Source: a virus. Taken from it: a stretch of DNA of 64,000 nucleotides. Location: the IMG/VR virus record IMGVR_UViG_3300023215_000707, positions 1,150 to 65,149 of that record, one strand, 5' to 3'. Below are positions 56,572-64,000 of this stretch, piece by piece; position 1 is the first letter of the stretch, and every line of letters starts with the position of its first letter. The position numbers and the translations under genes were made by a program. The notes beneath the pieces were generated by a model that was given only the letters and a program-made list of their open reading frames with translations, made no database searches and was not told where the DNA came from.

Positions 56572-57936
56572 ATGACTTTACTTAAGGCATATTTAATGGG
56601 AATAGATAACCCCTTTCTTTTGCTTAAGCATTATCTTAATGAAATTAAAAAGCAAAAAATAGGTGATTATGCTACTCAATTAAGGTCTAATTTAGATGAA
56701 TATGAAGAGAAAGTTCATGGTGAAAGATTAGAAAAGTTGAAAGAGGCACTTGATAAATTATTAGAAACTTATCCTGAATTAACTGAATTTCCAAAGGGTG
56801 AAACTGAAAAAACATTTCCTACACTTATTGAAATGAATATACGAAGAAAAAAGATTAACTTAAAAAATAAAATTAAGATAGGAGATAAGCCCCCTGAAAT
56901 AGAAAGGAAAAAGGCACACAAATATAAACAACCACTAACTGAAAAGCAGTGGCAAAAAATAAAAAATGAATGGATTAAAGAAAGAGAAGCAGAACCTAAA
57001 CGTATTCCCGCTGGAAATTTATTTACAGATAGTAAACGATTATCTAGTTTAAGAAAGTTCAAAAAATTATTAGATAACGTAAAAGATAATATTCAAATTT
57101 CTAGAATAAAACGAAGGATAGATAACTTCATTGATATTGAGAATGAAAGACTTAGTGAAGCCAAACTTCGTAATATTACTGCTTATGAAGGTGCATCAAC
57201 AATGGCCCCAACTAGTGTGGGCCTTGCACCAGTTAAAGGGCAAAAGACCAAACTTAAAGCCTTTAAACGTAAATTAGTGGAAATTAGAAGTTCATTAGTT
57301 AAAGATAATGTTCTTGATTATGCAGGTCGATTAATTTATAATGAGGATATTGAATCTTTAGTCTTAGAAATTATTGATAATCCAAAAAATGCACAAATAT
57401 TTGAAAATGTAGAAGTGGGGGCAAAAATAGATATGACGGCAGAACCCGAAATCATAAAACTACATGAAGATATTTACAATTATCTAACGAAGGACATTAC
57501 TTTCCCTGATAAATATGGTAAAGAAATTACAGAATCATTAGGTAAAGCCATAATGTATGTTTATGAACAGAAAACAGGTGTAGTTAGGGCGGAAATTCAA
57601 CATAGGAAGGAAATACTACGAAGATTGCAAGAATTACAAAATATTCCTAGAGAAAATTTATTGGGTAGATTAGGAGAAGAAAGGTATGTTAGTCAATCTA
57701 GAGCAGAAAGACACGCAAGAAGACAAGGCGAACCCGAAGTAGAAGAAGAAGCCGAAGAAGAAGAAGCCGAAGAAGAAAAACCCAAAGTAGAAAAACCATC
57801 TAAAGCCGAAGTTGCTGATAGATTAAATATAATAGAAGAACTACTTAGTGGTAAAAAAGACCCTAAAGGTAAAAAACGTGAATTGGGTAGTTTGAGAGAG
57901 AAAGAGGAAGAGAAAGAGGAAGAGGGGGGTAATTAA
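56572..57936 (+). CDS. Charged helical probable virion protein
   Basis: MTLLKAY start; Glu-rich tail. Confidence 0.6.
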   Translation: MTLLKAYLMGIDNPFLLLKHYLNEIKKQKIGDYATQLRSNLDEYEEKVHGERLEKLKEALDKLLETYPELTEFPKGETEKTFPTLIEMNIRRKKINLKNKIKIGDKPPEIERKKAHKYKQPLTEKQWQKIKNEWIKEREAEPKRIPAGNLFTDSKRLSSLRKFKKLLDNVKDNIQISRIKRRIDNFIDIENERLSEAKLRNITAYEGASTMAPTSVGLAPVKGQKTKLKAFKRKLVEIRSSLVKDNVLDYAGRLIYNEDIESLVLEIIDNPKNAQIFENVEVGAKIDMTAEPEIIKLHEDIYNYLTKDITFPDKYGKEITESLGKAIMYVYEQKTGVVRAEIQHRKEILRRLQELQNIPRENLLGRLGEERYVSQSRAERHARRQGEPEVEEEAEEEEAEEEKPKVEKPSKAEVADRLNIIEELLSGKKDPKGKKRELGSLREKEEEKEEEGGN

Positions 57937-57937
57937 A

Positions 57938-58393
57938 ATGAATTGGCAAAATATACTTAAAAACCAAAGACCCGATTACCCTGATTTAGATGGTGATGGT
58001 AATACTGATGAACCAATGGTTGATGCTCTTGCAACTGTTGAGCAGGTTGAGTCTGTTAAGAAAGAGTCTTTATTAAAAGAAGAGAGTAAAATTCTTAATG
58101 CTCTCGATTCTAAAAAGAAGAAAAGCCTTAAGAAAACATTACAGGCGGCAGAACCAACAGAATATTTCGGTCAAGATTATACTAAGTTAGGAGAGTTAAT
58201 TGATATGATGGAAACATTGGATTTGGTTAAAGATGATTCCAAATTAAAGAAAAAGATGAAATCCATTAATGAGCAAAATGTTGATATGATTGCTACTGCC
58301 AGCAAACTTCGTAAGCAGTATGAACAATTGTATCGTCAAATTAGAAAAATAGTATATCCAAAAAGTGCAGGTAGTTTGAGGGATAAGAAATGA
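57938..58393 (+). CDS. Tagged protein with DxDxDG Ca-binding-like loop
   Basis: MNWQNILK; PDLDGDGNTDEPM. Confidence 0.65.
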   Translation: MNWQNILKNQRPDYPDLDGDGNTDEPMVDALATVEQVESVKKESLLKEESKILNALDSKKKKSLKKTLQAAEPTEYFGQDYTKLGELIDMMETLDLVKDDSKLKKKMKSINEQNVDMIATASKLRKQYEQLYRQIRKIVYPKSAGSLRDKK

Positions 58394-58641
58394 GTTGGAA
58401 AAATGAATTAAAGAAAGATGCAGAAGACGAGATTTGGCAAGAACAAGAAAGACGCCCTAAGCAAATAATGGGTGATAGTGAATTAACCATAAAAATATTA
58501 GCCGAGTTTCTTTTGAAATATAATACAACACCCGATGAGTTAGATAATCTGTTTATAGATAGTCCAGATTTTAAAGAATTACAATCTACATTTGGAAAAT
58601 TTTATCAAGAAAAATTTAAACATTTATTAAGAGATGATTAA
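58390..58641 (+). CDS. Tagged hypothetical protein
   Basis: MSWKNELKK. Confidence 0.6.
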   Translation: MSWKNELKKDAEDEIWQEQERRPKQIMGDSELTIKILAEFLLKYNTTPDELDNLFIDSPDFKELQSTFGKFYQEKFKHLLRDD

Positions 58642-58642
58642 A

Positions 58643-58879
58643 ATGAAAAAAGAAAATAATGAAATGATGGATTTACTGAAAGAATTAGTATCTCGCATAA
58701 AGCAAATAGAGCAGACGGTTTACAATAGTGATAACCTTTTAATGAAATCAGGTATTGTGAAAGTTGAATCTCCTACTCCTATTATCACTAAACATGATAC
58801 TATTCCAGATTCTAACAGTATCGCAAATATGAGTTGGAATGATATTAATACTTTAGTTGGAAAATTAGGTGGTGATTGA
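58643..58879 (+). CDS. Scaffold-like small protein
   Basis: Coiled coil, LMKSG, C-terminal MSWNDINTL matching the protease-scaffold C-terminus. Confidence 0.6.
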   Translation: MKKENNEMMDLLKELVSRIKQIEQTVYNSDNLLMKSGIVKVESPTPIITKHDTIPDSNSIANMSWNDINTLVGKLGGD

Positions 58880-59146
58880 ATAACTTGGGAAAATACAATT
58901 AGAAAAGAAAGTGTAGAATGGAAAGCAGTTAATAATGTATTAATGCTATTATGGAATAATCATCCACCAACATTAATTATGAATATTTTTAATAAAGACC
59001 CTGATAATTTTGAAGAAGAGAATCAATTTGGTTATTATGATAAATTCTTACAGGCAATTTCATCTAGGCCGGATAAAGTTTGGTCTATGTTAGATAAAAA
59101 TAATCAAGAAAGATTAGTAGAACTTGCTATGGAAAAATATGGGTGA
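58880..59146 (+). CDS. Tagged protein with ATA in place of the start codon
   Basis: GGTGGTGA RBS, TGA-ATA-ACT-TGG-GAA; (I)TWENTIRK in frame with the ORF at 58943. Confidence 0.45.
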   Translation: MTWENTIRKESVEWKAVNNVLMLLWNNHPPTLIMNIFNKDPDNFEEENQFGYYDKFLQAISSRPDKVWSMLDKNNQERLVELAMEKYG

Positions 59147-59151
59147 TTAAA

Positions 59152-59604
59152 ATGACGAATAAAGAAACAAAATACGCAGAACAATTAATGAAATTCATCA
59201 TTGGTGAAGAAGTTAAAGTTAAGAGAACAAAAGGTGAAAAGGTCAAATTGAAGGAACTTGGCGTTGGACATCTTTCTTCGGATAAAAGTCAAAGTGTGAA
59301 GTTAGGTGAAAGAGAATATGCAAGTGGAACTATTTCTAAAATTAAAAAGGATTCTGCATGGTCAAGAAAACGACTTGGTTTAGAACCAGATGATACTGAA
59401 CCTAAAAGATTAGGTGGAGCAAAAAGATTAGGTGGAGCAAAACAACCTAAAAGATTAGGAATGAATATAAATGTCTTTAATAAAAAAGTTGATGAAGTTT
59501 ATACTATTATTAATCATTATGTTGAAAAAGGAATTTTAGATTATGATAAGGATTTAATGGAATTTACAAAAGTTATAGATGCTATTGCTGATAAAATAAA
59601 TTAA
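59152..59604 (+). CDS. Hypothetical protein with KRLGGA duplication
   Basis: In-operon ORF; 18-nt tandem repeat near 59404-59441. Confidence 0.55.
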   Translation: MTNKETKYAEQLMKFIIGEEVKVKRTKGEKVKLKELGVGHLSSDKSQSVKLGEREYASGTISKIKKDSAWSRKRLGLEPDDTEPKRLGGAKRLGGAKQPKRLGMNINVFNKKVDEVYTIINHYVEKGILDYDKDLMEFTKVIDAIADKIN

Positions 59605-59615
59605 GGTGATTTTGT

Positions 59616-62093
59616 GTGCCACTTTCCGTTGAAAAAGAGAAAGACCCTTTAACTATTAGGATTATTCATTTTTTTGAAGACTTCCGAATGGGTTATCTTT
59701 CTGCCCTATCCGACCCAAAGGTATATGCTAAAAAATGGATGAGTAAAGTTAAGACTTTAAGAGAACAATGGGATAATATTGACGATTTTAGCAAAGTAAT
59801 TAAAGATGTAATTGTTGAAAAGGATTTATTTTCTAATGAAGCGGAAAATGTTGAAAGTGATACTGCTAGGCATCTTTATGAACAGATTAAAGATTTACGT
59901 TATTCTTCCGAGAAAATAAAAGACCCTTTCGTTAATAAATTCAAAACAGAAGTTTTAGAAAATTTATTTGAAGACGTTTCTATTTTTGCTAAATTTATTC
60001 ATTGGGCCATTCGTCGTCATGGAAACGCATTATCCGAAGATGCGTGGAAATCTAAGGATTTAGAACCAGATATTCTAACTGATGGATATGTTGGCCTTAA
60101 TCTTGCAGAATCGGATATTGCAAATTTTATTGTTGAACATTATGGTGATGATAAAGATACTAAACGTATCAAGGGAAAATATTTAGCGGCTAAAAAATTA
60201 CTTGAAGAAATTTACATTGCTCAACATAGTTCTTCTGCTTGGAATAATATCATTAGTTTAAAGAAAGCAGAAAAGTCAGCCATGCATTTTCTAATTCCCA
60301 ATAAACCAATGTATCGAATTTTCGACATTGATGATTTAAAAGAACTTAAGGGATTCACTGGAGATTATGTAGTTCAAGAAAAATACGATGGTATGAGGAT
60401 TCAAATTCATAAAATAGATAATAAGGTCAAGATTTATTCTTTTAATGGAAAAGATATAACCAAGTATTGTCCTAAACAAATAGAAATTATGAAGAAAAAA
60501 CATTTTGGAGATTGCATACTTGATGGTGAATTAATGTTATTTGATGGGGAAACTCCATTACATCGAGCAGAAGTAGTGGCTCGCATATTCAAAGGTAAAA
60601 AATCCAACGGTGTTTTGAAGGCTCATGTATTTGATATTATGAGAAATGAGAATACCGAATTACATGATGCCCCATTATCCGAAAGATTGCAAATTCTCTT
60701 CAATAATTATTCCATCCATTCGGATGAATTTTTGGCCTTTCCATCTAAAAAAGATACCCGTTTTGCGGATTCAATAAAACAAGTTGAAGATTATGCAAAA
60801 GAAATAATGGAAATTCCCACGGCAGAAGGTGTGGTTATTAAAGACCTTACTTCTACTTATTTTATAGGAACAAAGAAAAACCCCAAATGGATTAAATGGA
60901 AAAAATTTGTAGATTTAGATTTAATAGTATTAGAAAAGAAGACAACCAAATCTAATATGTTCACCTATACTTTAGGTGCTGGTCCTGTTGATGAAGAATA
61001 TAAGAATACTAAAACCATTAATGAAAAGATATATCTTAATGTTGGTAAAGCCCTTAATACTAAAACAGAAGTGGATATTGGTGATATAATTCGGGTAAAG
61101 GTAGATGAAGTTAAGAAAAATAAAGATGGGAGTTATACTTTGTTTTCTGCTAAGGTAATTGAAATTCCTGAAGTAGAAACACCAGATAAATTAATTACTT
61201 TGGAAATGTTATCTAAAGATACTAAAAAATCATTAAATTATGATGTTAAGGCTTTAGAGAAAGGATATTCTATTACTGATTCTATTCATGGAGAGGCGAC
61301 CGTGATAATAAAAGGAGAGATGGATGGGTTTACATTTTATGGTTTTGAAGAAAATAATTTAATGGCTAAAAATGCATTAATAGATTTAGATGTATGGAAA
61401 ATCCAAATAGAAGATATGCTCAAAGAAGAAAAAGCCTATTTAAGAGTCTCAATTAGAAATTTTTTACTTGAAAAAGATGGGGAAACTCTGTTTTCTGAAA
61501 TAGAAGAATATGTTAAAAAGAATAATCCAAAGGAATTTAATAATGTATTTGGTAGTGATTCAAAGAAAATGATGAATTGGCTTAGGCATCAAGAAGATAT
61601 TGATTATTTAGGTAATGGGAAATTTATTGCTAATGAAGGAACATTAGAAAAAGCATATAAAACCCCTGATAAATATAGAAAAGGGGATTTTAAAATTTAT
61701 CATAATAATGATACTCTTTCAATTCTTTTTAAATTACACGATACTACAATAGGATGGGAAATAAAAATAGAATCCGAAGATGATATATTTTCTTTATTTG
61801 GCAAATCTGGTAAATTCCCTGCCCAAATTCAAACTAATTTCCGAAAAGGGAAATTAATAGATTCTGGAGATGTTGAATTAGGGGTTCAAAGAAATGGTTA
61901 TCATGAATATATTTTACAAGGTAATAAATTCGATACAAAATTTCATGTTAGAGTCATACCTGTAAAGGATAAAAAAATATGGTTGGCGTGGACTGGATTA
62001 GAAACTAAACCTGTTGATTCTAGTAGTGATGATGGTATATGGGATATTACAAATGATAAATATTCGGATTTAATGCCGGAAGAATTAAAATAG
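59616..62093 (+). CDS. Head-module protein with ATP-dependent ligase (NTase-OB) domain and C-terminal LigD phosphoesterase-like fold
   Basis: EKYDG.R, LDGEL, VFDI, EGVVIKD, WIKWKK; OB strands; GW.I...ID.G..ELG...L.G.K....WL. Confidence 0.8.
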   Translation: MPLSVEKEKDPLTIRIIHFFEDFRMGYLSALSDPKVYAKKWMSKVKTLREQWDNIDDFSKVIKDVIVEKDLFSNEAENVESDTARHLYEQIKDLRYSSEKIKDPFVNKFKTEVLENLFEDVSIFAKFIHWAIRRHGNALSEDAWKSKDLEPDILTDGYVGLNLAESDIANFIVEHYGDDKDTKRIKGKYLAAKKLLEEIYIAQHSSSAWNNIISLKKAEKSAMHFLIPNKPMYRIFDIDDLKELKGFTGDYVVQEKYDGMRIQIHKIDNKVKIYSFNGKDITKYCPKQIEIMKKKHFGDCILDGELMLFDGETPLHRAEVVARIFKGKKSNGVLKAHVFDIMRNENTELHDAPLSERLQILFNNYSIHSDEFLAFPSKKDTRFADSIKQVEDYAKEIMEIPTAEGVVIKDLTSTYFIGTKKNPKWIKWKKFVDLDLIVLEKKTTKSNMFTYTLGAGPVDEEYKNTKTINEKIYLNVGKALNTKTEVDIGDIIRVKVDEVKKNKDGSYTLFSAKVIEIPEVETPDKLITLEMLSKDTKKSLNYDVKALEKGYSITDSIHGEATVIIKGEMDGFTFYGFEENNLMAKNALIDLDVWKIQIEDMLKEEKAYLRVSIRNFLLEKDGETLFSEIEEYVKKNNPKEFNNVFGSDSKKMMNWLRHQEDIDYLGNGKFIANEGTLEKAYKTPDKYRKGDFKIYHNNDTLSILFKLHDTTIGWEIKIESEDDIFSLFGKSGKFPAQIQTNFRKGKLIDSGDVELGVQRNGYHEYILQGNKFDTKFHVRVIPVKDKKIWLAWTGLETKPVDSSSDDGIWDITNDKYSDLMPEELK

Positions 62094-62115
62094 TTGTTTT
62101 AATTTAAAGTTAAAT

Positions 62116-63411
62116 ATGAGTTCTGCTGTTATGCTCAAAACTATTAATCCCTTGCGGCGAGATTCTTTTGATATTCTTAAAGCAGATGATTTGGTTATTG
62201 GTGGTTATGCTTCTATTGAAATGGTGGATAAACAAAATGATTTAATCACTTTAGAAGCATTACACGAAGCAGTTAAGAAATATATGGTAACGCCTAAATT
62301 TAGAAATGTAATGACTAATCATTCTAATGTTCAAGTAGGAGAAGTTGTTCCCCAATATAGAGATAAAGAAGGTAGATTATGGAAAACTGAGGTTGATGAT
62401 GTTGGGTTTTTCGTAGTAATAAAAATAAGAGAAGATATTGAAAAGGCCAAAGAAGTTAGTCGAGAAATTAGAGATGGGTCTTTGCGCTCATTTTCTATTG
62501 GGGGTCAAGCCTTGGAAAAGAAAAAGAAAACTCATAAAGAATATGGAGATTATAATGAAATCTCTAAATTAGAATTACATGAAGTAACTGTATGTGAAAA
62601 GGGAATTAACCCCGAAGCAAGATTTGATATTCTAAAACAAGATAGAGGTAATGGTATGAATGAAATTGAAAATGCATTAAACGAGTTAAATAAGACTTTG
62701 GATAAGATTAATAATAGCGATAATTTGGCAAAAATAGAAGAATTAACAGAAAACAATATAAAGAACCTTAGAGAAAATACAGAAACAGTAGAGGGGGCAA
62801 TTGAAATGTCGGACTTAGAGAAAGATGAAGAAGAAGAAGAAATTGTAGATGATACCATAGATGCATTAGATACAGATGTTGGTGATGATATAGAATCCAT
62901 AGAAGGAGATAATCCTAATATACCCGAAGAAGAAACTTATAAATCGAAACCAGATTTGCCTACGGGTCAAATAGAAGCCGGAAATGCTGGAGAAATGGTG
63001 TCCGATGCGCACCCACAATTAGATAGTAAATACATGGCTAAATATGAAGACCAATCGACTTTAGATTTATCAGTTGAAAATCTAGAGAAGGCTTATACCC
63101 AATTTAAGGCAGAACAATTAGAAAAGTTGGCCTATGATAAAATTAAGGATGGCTTTCAATCACGTTTTGATACGGAAATGGTATCAAAGACTGATGAAAT
63201 TGAAAGAAGTAATTATGATGCTAAGTTAGAAGTGGATTCACTTAAGAAGCAATTTACTGACCTATTAGATTCACTTAAAGAAGAAGAGAATACCATCATC
63301 CAAAAACAAGAAGAGGTAATTGCTGAATTAAATATCCCTAGTGGAGAAGAAATTGGTAATATGGATTGGAATGATATTAATGCTCTAATTGAAAGGTTTG
63401 AGGGGGCATAA
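62116..63411 (+). CDS. HK97-type prohead protease fused to scaffold
   Basis: GYAS..D...D, catalytic His in NHS, Ser in SFSIGG, E.TVC...NPEA; acidic linker and coiled coil. Confidence 0.88.
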   Translation: MSSAVMLKTINPLRRDSFDILKADDLVIGGYASIEMVDKQNDLITLEALHEAVKKYMVTPKFRNVMTNHSNVQVGEVVPQYRDKEGRLWKTEVDDVGFFVVIKIREDIEKAKEVSREIRDGSLRSFSIGGQALEKKKKTHKEYGDYNEISKLELHEVTVCEKGINPEARFDILKQDRGNGMNEIENALNELNKTLDKINNSDNLAKIEELTENNIKNLRENTETVEGAIEMSDLEKDEEEEEIVDDTIDALDTDVGDDIESIEGDNPNIPEEETYKSKPDLPTGQIEAGNAGEMVSDAHPQLDSKYMAKYEDQSTLDLSVENLEKAYTQFKAEQLEKLAYDKIKDGFQSRFDTEMVSKTDEIERSNYDAKLEVDSLKKQFTDLLDSLKEEENTIIQKQEEVIAELNIPSGEEIGNMDWNDINALIERFEGA

Positions 63412-63413
63412 AA

Positions 63414-64000
63414 ATGACTACATATATTAATACAATTAAAGACTTAGAGGCGGCTACTTATGGCTATGGATTGAATGTAACTGGGGGAAATGCTCTTTTG
63501 AAGAGTGCTGGTGGTGTATTTCAAATTGGTTCTGGTTTTGCTGGTTCTAGTGCTGATGCTCTTAGTTTAAATGGAACTGCGGGCAGTAATCTAACTGCAC
63601 TTTACAATATGGTTTACGGTCAAAAAGTATGGTCGATGCTTAATCAAGAAATCAACCCACTTTCAATTCTACCTAAGCGGCCATACACTTCAAGCGGTTG
63701 GAGAGTAATGACCGCCCGCCCTCAAGGTGGGAGTGGTGCGGCATTCTCCGTTAATACAACAACTGGAAATGCAATGGGTGATGACCAACCTGATGGTGAT
63801 TTGTTAGGTGGCGTTGGTGAAAACGAAGAACTTGCATCAACATCTCTTGTAGCACTAGCACCAGAATATGCAACTCTTTACATGAATCCAAAGATTGTCG
63901 CTCATATGTTTGATTACAGCGAATTGGCGGCAGAAATGGCAAAGATTGATGATGGTGTTGGAGACATACGAAAATTGATTCGTGAAGATATGGGTAAATT
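63414..64000 (+). CDS. Major capsid protein (HK97 fold), 5' partial
   Basis: Hand-translated MTTYINTIKDLEAATYG...NALLKSAG...YGQKVWSMLNQE...LPKRPYTSSGWR...; follows protease-scaffold. Confidence 0.85.
   Translation, partial: MTTYINTIKDLEAATYGYGLNVTGGNALLKSAGGVFQIGSGFAGSSADALSLNGTAGSNLTALYNMVYGQKVWSMLNQEINPLSILPKRPYTSSGWRVMTARPQGGSGAAFSVNTTTGNAMGDDQPDGDLLGGVGENEELASTSLVALAPEYATLYMNPKIVAHMFDYSELAAEMAKIDDGVGDIRKLIREDMGK

Noticed and set aside
57730-57790. GAA-rich repeats
   Set aside because: They encode a Glu-rich linker; low-complexity coding sequence.
59401-59460. KRLGGA tandem repeat as a variable-repeat locus
   Set aside because: Only two full 18-nt copies, in frame; a simple duplication.
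1-64000. Stop-codon reassignment
   Set aside because: Core genes are full length in the standard code and tile with ATGA overlaps.
1-64000. tRNA, rRNA, reverse transcriptase/DGR or transposase
   Set aside because: No cloverleaf, rRNA signature, RT or transposase motif recognised by eye; tRNAscan-SE is needed to be certain.

Overview
The window is about 64 kb (roughly 30% GC) of a tailed dsDNA archaeal virus genome. Gene content and GGTGA ribosome-binding sites fit a magrovirus, a Caudoviricetes virus of Marine Group II Euryarchaeota (Ca. Poseidoniales); this taxonomic assignment is inferred from gene content, not from a database search. (1) 300-20.6 kb, minus strand: a near-complete archaeal-type replisome. 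It includes a DEDD exonuclease, MCM-like helicase, ERCC4 nuclease (frameshifted), PriS-PriL fusion primase, Cas4-like nuclease, a split PolB with a methyltransferase relic between its halves, PCNA, a recombination ATPase, SSB, RFC-S/L and ATP-dependent ligase, plus a histone-fold protein, a PC4-like protein and GroEL/GroES. (2) 20.6-30.7 kb, minus strand: a Myb-like regulator, TFB, many Zn fingers and what looks like a complete ubiquitin-like conjugation system (Ubl ending GG-L, cryptic E2-like domain, E1/ThiF, JAB). (3) 30.7-31.4 kb: a non-coding, repeat-rich polarity switch (candidate origin). (4) 31.4-36.4 kb: small genes each preceded by a CAAAG-N-ACCATATGGT-N-CTTTG dyad and TATA-like box, several followed by CCC-TTCG-GGG hairpins, plus a two-hairpin ncRNA candidate. 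(5) 36.5-64 kb, plus strand: the head module (terminase, portal, a second ligase-like protein, prohead protease-scaffold, 5' part of the major capsid gene). Interspersed are about 27 unrelated ORFs sharing an N-terminal M-x-W-x-x-I-L-K tag, two of which encode little beyond the tag. No tRNA, rRNA or CRISPR array was recognised.
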